Below the pieces are notes generated by a model, which was not told where the DNA came from, made no database searches, and saw only the letters and a program-made list of their open reading frames with translations. From assembly GCA_038215615.1 (NCBI GenBank), contig JBBQQR010000002.1, positions 64,001 to 128,000 of the forward strand: a stretch of 64,000 nucleotides of DNA, written 5' to 3'. Shown here piece after piece: positions 28,913-40,698 of the stretch. Each line of letters opens with the position of its first letter. Positions within the stretch are counted from its first letter, which is position 1. The position numbers were made by a program, and so were the translations under genes. The stretch comes from Vulcanimicrobiales bacterium (GTDB taxonomy: Bacteria > Vulcanimicrobiota > Vulcanimicrobiia > Vulcanimicrobiales > Vulcanimicrobiaceae).

Positions 28913-30051
28913 GTTGCAACTCCTGCGCCGAGCGCATCGATCGTCGGCTGATGCACGATTTCTCCGGCGCGCACGATCGTCGTGCCGCGCGCGATTTCGT
29001 CGGCCGGGTCGAGGTTCAGGGCGCCGTCTTTGATTAACGCGTCCAGCAAAGCTTGAACGTTGCGCGAATAGAGCTGCGAGGCGTGATACGGCATCGTTCC
29101 GGCTAGATTGGTTTGACCGATCACGTGCACGCCGTTCGGAGTGACGATCGTTTTGCCGGGAACGGTCAGCGCGCAATTGCCGCCGGCTTCGGCCGCAAGG
29201 TCGACGATGACCGAACCGGGACCCATCGCCGCGACGGCTTCCTGCGTGATAAGCAGCGGTGCGCGGCGTCCGGGAACCAGCGCGGTCGTGATCACGACGT
29301 CGGACGCACCGATGTGATCGACCATGAACTGGCGCTGCTTTTGAATTTGCTCGGGCGTCAGCTCTTTGGCGTAACCGCCGGCGCCTTCCGCGTCGGCGCC
29401 GAGATCGAATTCCAGAAATGTCGCGCCTAAGCTCTGCACTTGCTCTTTCACGACTGCGCGAGTGTCGTACGCGCTGACGACCGCTCCCAGCCGGCGCGCC
29501 GTCGCGATCGCTTGCAGCCCGGCGACGCCCGCGCCGAGGATCAAAACTTTTGCGGGCCGGATCGTTCCGGCGGCCGTTGTCAGCATCGGAAAAAACTTCG
29601 GGAGTTCGGATGCGGCAAGCAGCACGGCTTTATAGCCTGCGATGTTACTCTGCGAACTGAGCGCGTCCATGGCTTGCGCGCGCGTGATGCGCGGAATCGC
29701 GTCCATGGAGAGTGCCGTTATGCCCGCGCTTGCCAAGCGCCGAACGTAACCGGCATCGCCGAGCGGCGCGAGCAGACCCAGCAGCGCAGCCTTCTTGGGC
29801 ATAGCGGTTAGCACGGCATCGTCGGGCCGGCTGACGCCCAGCGCGAGATCGGCGCCGTCCAAAATTTGCGCGCGCTCGGCAACGGTCGCTCCGGCCTTGG
29901 TATAGAGGTCGTCGGGGAAGGCGGCGCGCTCGCCGGCGCCGTGTTCGACGTGCACGGCCATGCCATTCTTCACGAGCTTTGCGACGGTTTCGGGCACCAG
30001 CGCAACGCGAGTTTCGTTGGGCGCGGATTCTCGCAGCACGGCGATCTTCAT
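28909..30051 (-). CDS. pntAa: NAD(P) transhydrogenase alpha subunit, NAD-binding domain I
   Basis: ETRVAL.P, PRITRAQ.MD.LSS, GAGVAGLQA, DLAAE.GGNC; start at MKIAV (30051), alternative 30069. Confidence 0.95.
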   Translation of the reverse strand: MKIAVLRESAPNETRVALVPETVAKLVKNGMAVHVEHGAGERAAFPDDLYTKAGATVAERAQILDGADLALGVSRPDDAVLTAMPKKAALLGLLAPLGDAGYVRRLASAGITALSMDAIPRITRAQAMDALSSQSNIAGYKAVLLAASELPKFFPMLTTAAGTIRPAKVLILGAGVAGLQAIATARRLGAVVSAYDTRAVVKEQVQSLGATFLEFDLGADAEGAGGYAKELTPEQIQKQRQFMVDHIGASDVVITTALVPGRRAPLLITQEAVAAMGPGSVIVDLAAEAGGNCALTVPGKTIVTPNGVHVIGQTNLAGTMPYHASQLYSRNVQALLDALIKDGALNLDPADEIARGTTIVRAGEIVHQPTIDALGAGVAT

Positions 30052-30092
30052 CGGGCCGTCCGTTTCCATCCCGGGGAGCACAAACCTTCGCT

Positions 30093-30935
30093 TTAGATGA
30101 TGCGAATACGGTTGCGCAAGACGCCGATCTTTTCGATCTCGACTTCGACGTCGTCGCCGTCGCGGAGAAACTCCGGGGGGTTGCGCGCGAAGCCGACGCC
30201 CTCGGGCGTGCCGGTTGCAATCACGTCGCCGGGCTCGAGCGTCATGCCCTTGCTGAGCGACGCAATGAGTACCGGCAGCGAAAAAATCATGTTGGCCGTT
30301 GTGCTGCGCTGTTTCTCCGCGCCGTTGACGCGCAGCCCAATCGCGAGATCCTGGGTGTTTCCGAGTTCATCCGGCGACACGATCCACGGTCCCATGGGCG
30401 CAGCCGAGTCTAAACTCTTCCCCTTAAACCATTGTACGTGCGCGCGCTGGAGGTCGCGCGCGGTAAGATCGTTGAAGCACGTGTATCCAAAAACGGCATC
30501 GAGGGCTTCGGCTTCGCTGACATCTTTCACGCGCGATCCGATGATGACGGCGAGCTCTGCTTCCCAATCGTACTCGCTCGAAATTTTCGATGAAAATTCG
30601 AGCGTTTCTCCGGGCGAAGCGATCGCGGTCGGAGCTTTGGTGAAGAACGTCGGGACGTCCGGCAGATTCAGCTCTCGGCCGCTCTGCTGCGCGACTTCCA
30701 GCGCGTGATCTAAATAATTCCGGCCGACGCAAAAAATGTTCTTGTTCGGACGAACCGGCGCGGCGAGCGCTACACTCGATAGCAGGTAAAACTCTCGAAG
30801 CCTCATGTGCTCGCGCGCATCCAGCGGCAGCGCGATATACTCGAGCAGCGTGCTGCAGGCGATCGCGCCCACCCTGTCGCCGTCAAGGTACCCTGGACGA
30901 AGACGCCCTTCGTGCTCGAACGTTACGTACCGCAC
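30093..30935 (-). CDS. Fumarylacetoacetate hydrolase family protein
   Basis: CVGRNY..H, DWEAEL, NDLTARD, GKS.D, GDVIATGTPEGVG. Confidence 0.93.
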   Translation of the reverse strand: MRYVTFEHEGRLRPGYLDGDRVGAIACSTLLEYIALPLDAREHMRLREFYLLSSVALAAPVRPNKNIFCVGRNYLDHALEVAQQSGRELNLPDVPTFFTKAPTAIASPGETLEFSSKISSEYDWEAELAVIIGSRVKDVSEAEALDAVFGYTCFNDLTARDLQRAHVQWFKGKSLDSAAPMGPWIVSPDELGNTQDLAIGLRVNGAEKQRSTTANMIFSLPVLIASLSKGMTLEPGDVIATGTPEGVGFARNPPEFLRDGDDVEVEIEKIGVLRNRIRII

Positions 30936-30942
30936 CTACAGT

Positions 30943-31500
30943 TTACGGATGGGGTGAGGGCGTAGGCTTGGCCCGCGACTTTTTGAGAGCTGCGTTGATG
31001 TCGGGAAGATTTGGATTTTCCGCGTTTTTCTTCTGCTGATCGGCCTTCAGCTTCGCGAGCGCAGCGGCCGCGGCTTGCGCTTCTTTCTTCGCGTCCGAAA
31101 CGATCTTGGTGGCCGCGCCGGGTTCGTCGGCCCAACCGCCGCCGCGTTTGAACAGCGTGAATGTCCTTCTTACTTTTTGAGTCTTGGGGTCGTAATTGTA
31201 ATTCACTTTATACAGTCCCACGACGGCCGTAATCGTGTTTCCGCGCTGCTCGCGAATCCACATCTGCAGCGCGTTGCCCATCGCCATCGTGTCGAAAGCC
31301 TGATCGCCCGAGAGCGTTCCGTGCAAGACGCGGACGACTTGACCGAGCCTGTTCACCTCGACCTGTAACTGCGCTGACAGCGGCTTGGATGGCAGCTTCG
31401 GCGACGGCAAAGGGGCCGGCGTCGACCCGGCAGCTGCCGCTAAGGGGAAAGCCAAGAGAGCGGCTGCGAGCGCAGCCACGCAATACAGTTTGGAAAGCAT
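30943..31500 (-). CDS. Hypothetical secreted protein
   Basis: Signal peptide from MLSKLY (31500; alternative start 31584), Pro-rich termini. Confidence 0.6.
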   Translation of the reverse strand: MLSKLYCVAALAAALLAFPLAAAAGSTPAPLPSPKLPSKPLSAQLQVEVNRLGQVVRVLHGTLSGDQAFDTMAMGNALQMWIREQRGNTITAVVGLYKVNYNYDPKTQKVRRTFTLFKRGGGWADEPGAATKIVSDAKKEAQAAAAALAKLKADQQKKNAENPNLPDINAALKKSRAKPTPSPHP

Positions 31501-31637
31501 CGAACGTTCTTCGCCGCCCGAGCGCAGGCGCCTCATGCCGCCACCGTCGAAAGCCGAGCGCTCATGTCTGGTTGTCTCTTCCATGCCGGTTCTAACGTAC
31601 CGGCCGCTTTCGTCGTTCCATACACCGGCCTTCCTTA

Positions 31638-34242
<2,605 letters not shown>

Positions 34243-34250
<8 letters not shown>

Positions 34251-34689
34251 AGCATTGGCGCTAACGGTCGCGCTCGCCCAAAGCTCGCCGCAGCCCGTCC
34301 CGACGCCGCAGAACCTACGCGTGATCTCGCTGCGGGCTCCGGCCGCGCCGCTCCGCGTACAAGTCGCCGCAACCGAGCCGCAGCGCGAACGCGGACTGAT
34401 GGGAGTGCGCAAGCTCGCGCCGCATACGGGAATGCTTTTCGTCTTCGACTCCGATGCGCCGATCGAATTCTGGATGAAAGACACGTTGATTCCGCTGGAC
34501 ATGGTCTTCATCGGCCGTAACGGCACCGTGCGAAGCGTCTTTGCAAACGTCCCAATCGTTTCGACCGATACTCCCGACTATCGCATTCCGCGCCGCGACG
34601 GGGTGGCAAAATACGTTTTGGAACTGCCTGCCGGCGAAGCGGCACGCGACGGTTTGACCGGCGGCGTCTCCATTCCGCATCTCCCTTAA
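34243..34689 (+). CDS. DUF192 family protein
   Basis: RERGLM, GMLFVF, FWMKDTLIPLDMVF, YVLELPAG. Confidence 0.9.
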
Positions 34690-35502
34690 ATGCCCGAGCT
34701 CCCTGAAGTCGAGACGATTGCGCGCGGCCTGGCCGGCGCCATCGTTGGAAAGACGATCCAACGGGCAACGGTCGCGCTTGCGAAAATGGCGGTTGCGCCG
34801 GCGCGCGTGAATTTCAAGCGGGCGGTTCGCGGCGAGCGGATCGTCTCGGTCGGCCGTCGCGGAAAATATGCCGTCATCACGCTGAGCTCCGGACGGTGTC
34901 TAATCGTGAGCTTAAGAATGACCGGGCGCCTCGTCGCACTGGGGCGCGGCCAAGCGAAGGTCCCTTACGAGCACGTTTCGGTGCACTTTACCGACGGAAC
35001 CCGGCTAGCGTTTGCCGACGCCAGGCAATTCGGGCGCATGCGCTTGGTCGAGCGCGGCGAGCTGTGGGACGCCGGGCTCGGCGTCGAGCCTTTGTCGGGG
35101 GACTTTACTCCTGAGCGCTTTATCGGTATGCTTTCGGGGCGGACAACGCCTATCAAGGCGTTGTTGCTGGATCAGCGGCGTATCGCAGGGGTGGGAAACA
35201 TCTATGCTTGCGAGGCGCTGTGGGGAGCCCGGATTCGTCCTGGCACTCCCGCGAAAGCGTTGACGAAACCGGCCATACGCCGGTTGCATGACGCCCTCGT
35301 CGAGGTTTTGCAGCGTTCGATCGCAATGCGCGGCACGAGCGTCGACGATTACGTCGATGCGCACGGCCTGCAAGGCGGCTTTCAAAACGCGCTTTCGGTA
35401 TACGGCCGGGCCGGTTCCGGATGCGAACGTTGCGGCCGGGCGATCGTGCGAACCGTATTGGCAGCGCGCGGCACGTGGTGGTGCCGCACCTGTCAACGAT
35501 AA
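34690..35502 (+). CDS. mutM: Formamidopyrimidine-DNA glycosylase
   Basis: MPELPEVE, RRGK, AGVGNIY, C-terminal zinc finger CERC...CRTCQ. Confidence 0.96.
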   Translation: MPELPEVETIARGLAGAIVGKTIQRATVALAKMAVAPARVNFKRAVRGERIVSVGRRGKYAVITLSSGRCLIVSLRMTGRLVALGRGQAKVPYEHVSVHFTDGTRLAFADARQFGRMRLVERGELWDAGLGVEPLSGDFTPERFIGMLSGRTTPIKALLLDQRRIAGVGNIYACEALWGARIRPGTPAKALTKPAIRRLHDALVEVLQRSIAMRGTSVDDYVDAHGLQGGFQNALSVYGRAGSGCERCGRAIVRTVLAARGTWWCRTCQR

Positions 35503-35534
35503 GGACAAATATATATAAAGGATGGACACTTAAA

Positions 35535-36710
35535 ATCTCTACAACGCCAACCGCTCCCGTGCAAGAAGAGGAAGAAGATCAACTCGCACTCGAGCAGCAA
35601 CTCTACGAAGACTCACTCAAGGTACTCGACGAAGGACAAGTCCTCAACGGACTGATTGTCGCCAAATACCAGGACGAATTGCTCGTCGACATCGGCGGAA
35701 AATCCGAAGGCACGCTGCCGTTTCGGGAACTCTCTTTAGCGATAGAGCCCAAAGAATTAAAAGTCGGCGACACGCTGGAAGTCATGATCCACCGTATCGA
35801 CGACAACGACGGTACGCTCTTTCTCTCCGAGCGGCGCGCGCGCGCCCTCAAAACGTGGGAGAAAGTCATTGCGGCCCACGAGCACGACGAAGTCATCGAA
35901 GCGACCGTTACGCAGGTTGTTAAAGGCGGCGTCCTGGTCGATCTGGGCATGCGCGGATTCGTTCCCGCTTCGCAGATCAGGCGTCAGCCGATCGGCAACC
36001 TGGAAGAGCTCGTCGGAAAAAAGCTGCGGCTCAAAGTGATCGATCTCGATCACAAACGTCACCGCGTCGTTCTGTCGCAGCGGTTGGTTCTGGAAGAAGA
36101 ACTCAACGCCAAGAAACAGGAGTTGCTGGGAACGCTTGAGGTCGGACAGATTCGTGAAGGCGTTGTCGTGCGCTTGGCGGAGTTCGGCGCGTTCGTCGAT
36201 CTCGGCGGCATCGACGGCTTGATTCACAACAGCGAGCTCTCGTACGCACGCATCAAACACCCGTCCGAAGTCGTCAAGATTGGCGATGTCGTGAACGTCG
36301 AGATCATGAAATTTGACCCCGATGCGAAGAAGGTCAGCTTGTCGCTCAAGCACGCGCTGCCCGACCCGTGGGACGAATACGCGAACAAACTCTACGAGAC
36401 CAACAAATTGACGGCGCAGATCGTCAAGGTCACGCCCAATTATCTGTTAGTTGAAATCGTGCCCGGCGTGCTCGCGATGGTTCCCAAAGGCGAATTCGAC
36501 CCGGGCGCTCAGTTCAGTCCCGGACAAGAAGTCGAAGTGACGCTGCTGACGATCAATCATTCGACGCGCCGGATTACGGCGTCGATTCAGCACGTAGCCG
36601 ACATTCCGCCCGAAGAGATCGAAAAGATCGAAGTTCCGGAATTGCCGGAAACGCAAGCCGAAACTCCGGCGGAAATGCCTTCGGAGGACGAACCGTCCGA
36701 GTCGGCCTAA
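35535..36710 (+). CDS. rpsA: 30S ribosomal protein S1 (about 4 S1 domains, acidic termini)
   Basis: VDIGGKSEG, GGVLVDLGMRGFVPASQ, FGAFVDLGGIDGLIH. Start uncertain (ATC 35535 or GTG 35559). Confidence 0.9.
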   Translation: MSTTPTAPVQEEEEDQLALEQQLYEDSLKVLDEGQVLNGLIVAKYQDELLVDIGGKSEGTLPFRELSLAIEPKELKVGDTLEVMIHRIDDNDGTLFLSERRARALKTWEKVIAAHEHDEVIEATVTQVVKGGVLVDLGMRGFVPASQIRRQPIGNLEELVGKKLRLKVIDLDHKRHRVVLSQRLVLEEELNAKKQELLGTLEVGQIREGVVVRLAEFGAFVDLGGIDGLIHNSELSYARIKHPSEVVKIGDVVNVEIMKFDPDAKKVSLSLKHALPDPWDEYANKLYETNKLTAQIVKVTPNYLLVEIVPGVLAMVPKGEFDPGAQFSPGQEVEVTLLTINHSTRRITASIQHVADIPPEEIEKIEVPELPETQAETPAEMPSEDEPSESA

Positions 36711-37273
36711 CCGGCGGAATCGGATCCGGCAAGAGCGAGGTCGCGCGCTGCATGGAAGCATTCGGCGCGTACATCATCGATACGGACAAACTCGCGCGCG
36801 AAGCTGTGGCGCCGGGTAGCGACGCGTTGCGCGAGATCGCGCGCATGTGGCCTTCGGTCGTCCGCATGGGTGGTCTCAACCGTCCGGCGCTCGCCGAGAT
36901 CATCTTTCACGATCCGGACGCGCGCGAGCGGCTCAATGCCGTCGTTCATCCGCATGTGCGCCGTTTAGCTGATGCTGCGCAAGCGTACGCTAAACCCGGA
37001 CAGATTGTCGTGCAGGTCGTGCCGTTGCTGTTCGAGACCGGATACGACGAGCGGTGCGATGCGTCGGTGGTCGTCATAGCGCCGGAAAAAGAACGCATCG
37101 CACGCATCGCCCGCCGCGACAAGTTAAGCGAAGATCAGATTCGCGCCCGGATGAAGTCGCAGATCGACCCGGAGGCCGCGCGCTCAAGAGCCACCTACGT
37201 CATCGAAAACGACGGAAATTTCGCGCAGCTCAAGGAGCGCACGCGCGCCGTTTACGACGCACTTTCCTCCTAA
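36695..37273 (+). CDS. coaE: Dephospho-CoA kinase
   Basis: The frame upstream of the ORF-track ATG (36752) encodes VRVGLTGGIGSGKSEV (P-loop); later LN.VVHP, VPLLFE, YVIEND. Confidence 0.92.
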   Translation, partial: VRVGLTGGIGSGKSEVARCMEAFGAYIIDTDKLAREAVAPGSDALREIARMWPSVVRMGGLNRPALAEIIFHDPDARERLNAVVHPHVRRLADAAQAYAKPGQIVVQVVPLLFETGYDERCDASVVVIAPEKERIARIARRDKLSEDQIRARMKSQIDPEAARSRATYVIENDGNFAQLKERTRAVYDALSS

Positions 37274-37301
37274 CGCCGCAACCTCAATCGACCCCATTTT
37301 C

Positions 37302-37326
37302 GTTTAACAAGCGGTCGAGTGGGTAT
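37302..37326 (+). promoter_or_regulatory. SigB/SigF-type general stress promoter
   Basis: GTTTAA (37302-37307)-N13-GGGTAT (37321-37326), matching the Bacillus SigB consensus, upstream of GsiB-like genes. Confidence 0.75.
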
Positions 37327-37369
37327 TTAACCCGACGATACATTTCGCATCATTAAGGGGCGACACCAC

Positions 37370-37588
37370 ATGGCGATTCAAGACGAAATGCAGAACCCGG
37401 GCGGGGGAATGACTGTTCGTGAAGCAGGCAAGCGTGGCGGCGAACGCGTCAAGGCCAAGTACGGCACGGAGTTCTATGAGGCCATCGGGCGCAAAGGTGG
37501 CGAAGCCACCAAAGAAAAGTACGGGCCTTCGTTTTATGAGGTTATAGGCCAAAAAGGCGGCCAAAAGCTCAAGCGCAAGAGCTCCTAG
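37370..37588 (+). CDS. KGG-repeat / GsiB / Em-like general stress protein
   Basis: 20-aa repeats such as YGTEFYEAIGRKGG; SD AAGGGG. Confidence 0.88.
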   Translation: MAIQDEMQNPGGGMTVREAGKRGGERVKAKYGTEFYEAIGRKGGEATKEKYGPSFYEVIGQKGGQKLKRKSS

Positions 37589-37607
37589 CGGGCGTCCCCG
37601 GACACCC

Positions 37608-37919
37608 ATGGCAAAACCACGCAAAGCCGACGACAAGGCGCCGGGCGGCGAGATGTCCGTACGCGAGGCCGGAAAGAAGGGCGGGGACACCGTCCGCGAC
37701 CGCTATGGTCCGGGTTTCTATGAAGCGATCGGACGCAAGGGCGGCCAAGCCACCCGCGAGCGTCACGGTGTCGAGTTCTACGAGTCCATCGGCCAAAAAG
37801 GCGGCCGCGTCGTCAAAGAAAAATACGGCGCCGACTTTTACGAAGAGATCGGCCACAAGGGCGGCCAAAAAGTTAAGCAGCTGATCGCTGAGGCGAAAAA
37901 GAAAAACGGCGGCCAGTAG
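37608..37919 (+). CDS. KGG-repeat / GsiB / Em-like general stress protein (paralog)
   Basis: MSVREAGKKGG followed by three G..FYE.IG.KGG repeats. Confidence 0.9.
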   Translation: MAKPRKADDKAPGGEMSVREAGKKGGDTVRDRYGPGFYEAIGRKGGQATRERHGVEFYESIGQKGGRVVKEKYGADFYEEIGHKGGQKVKQLIAEAKKKNGGQ

Positions 37920-37922
37920 GGT

Positions 37923-39992
37923 TTAGGGCGAGACGCCGCCGGTCACACGGCCGAAGCGAATCTCGCCGCTGTTGAAGTTCACGTTTATCGAGGAAACCTT
38001 GAGCGTCTCGCCGCCGCTGCGCACGACGCTCGGATGTGGCAGCGTCAGCGTCTTCGCTGCGTTCACCCATTGGATCAAATCGGTATCGAACGAGCGCTCC
38101 GAACTCGTATCTTGCATTTGCGTGACGTGCACGTCGCCCGTCGCCGTGAAATCAAACGTCTGCGTGTTCACCGACACTTGTTCGGCGCGAACGCTCAGAT
38201 ACGGTTTGCCATTTTTGTAGAGCACTCCGCGGCGTACGCCCTGGACCGTTGCCAAGACGCCGTCGGCCGACATCTCGGCATGGTCGTATACGAACATCCA
38301 AGATTTCGTGCTCATGCGGTTTCCCGTCACGCGCCCGCCATGCAGTGTCAGCGGCGTCATCCCTTGCGGCGGGCCCCCCGGCGCATTGCCGGCCAGCACG
38401 ACCTCAATAATCACCCAAATCAGTAGCGCGGCGCCCGCGATCAATAGATAGAGCTTCCATCGCGCCATTGCGGGGCGCCATTGCGGCGCATGCAGTGCAC
38501 GCATGCGCACTCTGCGAAGCGCGAGAACCGCTGCATACATGAGCGCGAGCGCGATGCCGACCGGCGTCGGGCCGAGGCGCGCGAAGATCGAACCGGGGGG
38601 CGATCCGACTGTGCCAACCACGATTGCGGGTTTGTCCAATGCCGTTTGCTGCGTCCACGATCCGTCGGGCGCGATGATTCCGCTGATGCCCGTCGCCGCC
38701 GATTGCAAGACCCACTCCCCGTTTTCGATGGCACGCATCTGCGCGATCTGCCCGTGCTGATAGGTGCCGGAGGTTTCGCCGAACCACGCATCGTCGGTCG
38801 ATATCACCAAGAACTGGGCTCCGCGCGAGACTTGGGCGTGCACGAGATCGGCGAACGCCGATTCCCAGCAAATGAGCGGAGCGAACGGGACGCCGGCCGC
38901 CGAGATAACGGTGTCGTCCGCTCCGGCGGCAAAGCGGCCGATGAGATCGGAGTCCGGCAGCCACTTAAGAAAGGCTTCGCCAGGAAACGATTCGGTGAAC
39001 GGAACGAGCTGGCGCTTTTCGTAGATTTGCGAGATCTGTCCCGACGGATTAAACACGAAGAGCGCATTGTAATCCTTGGGACCGCGCGCTTCCAAGCTCC
39101 CGACGACCAGCGTTGCATTCAACGCGCGCGCGGCAGCCGAAAACTCCTTGCGGACGAGCGCGCGAACGCCGTTGGGATCGGAGGCATTCAAGTCGGTCGG
39201 AATCACCGTCTCGGGCAGCACGACGAGTTGAGGATGCAGCGCCTGCAGTTTGCGGGTTTGCGTCACATACGTGTTCACGGTCGGCCAAAACGACTGCGGA
39301 TTCCACTTGACCGTCTGCGCGATGTTGCCTTGTACCGCGCCGACGCGTAACATCGGCACACGTTGGTCGTGGCGAGCCGGCCACGCTGCGAAACAGAGCG
39401 CCCACGCGGCGACGACGGTGACCACCGCGGTTACCAGCCGTCGAGGATCGCGGTTGGCTATTGCCTGCGCGCCGTACGCACCCAACAGCATGACGACGAA
39501 TGTAATGCCGAATGCGCCGATATACGGCGCGAACGCGATCAGCGGAGTAACCGTTTGCGAGTAGCCGATCTGCGCAAACGGAACGGCAAGTAACCCAATC
39601 GATCGCAGCCATTCGAAGACGGTGAAAGCTGCCGCAGCGGCGGCCGGCGCGGCCCACGGCTGACCCCACCGTTCTGCGGCGCGTGCAGCAACGGCGCTGG
39701 CCGCGAACGTCAGCCCCTCGACGAGCGCCGGAATCAGCACGACGGCAAACGCAAATGGTCCCACGTAGCTGCCGACGGTGTACGTGAACCATGAAAAATT
39801 TATCGCAAAAAAGATCGTTCCGGCGAACCATCCGGCGAAGAAGGCGCGTTTCCAGGAGAGCCGTTGCCAAGCCCAGAACAGGCCCGCCGCCGCCAGCGGG
39901 GCAAGCCATGCCTGTCCAGCCTTGGGAAAAGCAAGTGCGAGCGCAACCGCGCTCAAAGCGGAAACGATGACGGAGGTAAGTGTGCTACGCAA
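37923..39992 (-). CDS. lnt: Apolipoprotein N-acyltransferase read in frame into a C-terminal LptC-like (TM + beta-jellyroll) region
   Basis: TM-rich N-half, VQGNI, LPET (Glu), YEKRQLVPF.E (Lys), ICWES (Cys), DAWFG, RAIENG. Second unit starts at MARWK (ATG 38468) with one TM and beta-rich sequence. Start TTG 39992 or GTG 40025. Confidence 0.85.
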   Translation of the reverse strand: MRSTLTSVIVSALSAVALALAFPKAGQAWLAPLAAAGLFWAWQRLSWKRAFFAGWFAGTIFFAINFSWFTYTVGSYVGPFAFAVVLIPALVEGLTFAASAVAARAAERWGQPWAAPAAAAAAFTVFEWLRSIGLLAVPFAQIGYSQTVTPLIAFAPYIGAFGITFVVMLLGAYGAQAIANRDPRRLVTAVVTVVAAWALCFAAWPARHDQRVPMLRVGAVQGNIAQTVKWNPQSFWPTVNTYVTQTRKLQALHPQLVVLPETVIPTDLNASDPNGVRALVRKEFSAAARALNATLVVGSLEARGPKDYNALFVFNPSGQISQIYEKRQLVPFTESFPGEAFLKWLPDSDLIGRFAAGADDTVISAAGVPFAPLICWESAFADLVHAQVSRGAQFLVISTDDAWFGETSGTYQHGQIAQMRAIENGEWVLQSAATGISGIIAPDGSWTQQTALDKPAIVVGTVGSPPGSIFARLGPTPVGIALALMYAAVLALRRVRMRALHAPQWRPAMARWKLYLLIAGAALLIWVIIEVVLAGNAPGGPPQGMTPLTLHGGRVTGNRMSTKSWMFVYDHAEMSADGVLATVQGVRRGVLYKNGKPYLSVRAEQVSVNTQTFDFTATGDVHVTQMQDTSSERSFDTDLIQWVNAAKTLTLPHPSVVRSGGETLKVSSINVNFNSGEIRFGRVTGGVSP
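38462..38486. repeat. 12-bp direct repeat with 13-bp period at the lnt/LptC-like junction
   Basis: GCGCCATTGCGG at 38462-38473 and 38475-38486. Confidence 0.9.
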
Positions 39993-40698
39993 AATGTTGT
40001 TCGTCGTCTCTGTCGCGGCGTTCACGTTTGCTGCCTGCGGCCGTCAAGTGACTCCCGACCGCGGGTCCGTCACGCCTTCGGGACTCCCGGCGGGTTTCAT
40101 GCAGGTGAAGTTCACGACCGCTCAGGCGATGGATTTCACCAACGTCCAGTACGTCATCATGTTTAATACCTCGACGAGCGGCGGCATGCCCTACGCGAAC
40201 GGCTACCAGACCAATTATGCGAACTATTGGTTTGCGATCGTCGTCGGCGGCAACGGTGTGCTTTCAACCGTGCAAGTCGTGCAATATGTCCGCAACACAG
40301 GCGTCGGAGGCGGCCAGGTCGCATCTCCGCAAGTCATTCCATATACGCCGCAGCAACTTCAATTCAACCTGAATAGCAACGGCCAGAACACGCAGTTCAC
40401 CGTGACGTTCGATCGCAGGCTCTTCAACGGCATCGTGCCGACGCCGAGTCCCGTCCCCGGCGCGAATCCGAAGATATGGTACGCCAACTGGTTTACGACC
40501 AACGGTTCCGGTCAGCCGATCGACGCGCCCGGTATTGGCGGCCCGCAAGATCAGACGTTCACGTTTCCGACGTCGGGGCTGCCGGGCTTCGACATCTCAA
40601 CGTCCTTCGATCAGCAGTTCAACGCAAACGCCGGCTGGCCGCAGGTCACGCCGCGCAGCGCACAGATCGCCGCCGGCGAGATCATCAACAGCCCGTAA
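39982..40698 (+). CDS. Hypothetical lipoprotein, beta-rich (Asn/Gln/Thr/Gly-rich)
   Basis: SD GGAGG 39972-39976, GTG 39982, signal MLRKMLFVVSVAAFTFAA|C lipobox. Confidence 0.8.
   Translation: MLRKMLFVVSVAAFTFAACGRQVTPDRGSVTPSGLPAGFMQVKFTTAQAMDFTNVQYVIMFNTSTSGGMPYANGYQTNYANYWFAIVVGGNGVLSTVQVVQYVRNTGVGGGQVASPQVIPYTPQQLQFNLNSNGQNTQFTVTFDRRLFNGIVPTPSPVPGANPKIWYANWFTTNGSGQPIDAPGIGGPQDQTFTFPTSGLPGFDISTSFDQQFNANAGWPQVTPRSAQIAAGEIINSP

Noticed and set aside
28589..30051. Split pntA as a frameshifted pseudogene
   Set aside because: The three-subunit PntAa/PntAb/PntB organisation is well known, and the genes have normal overlapping starts
37370..37919. 60-nt repeats as a possible non-coding repeat element
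   Set aside because: Explained by 20-aa KGG protein repeats with synonymous variation
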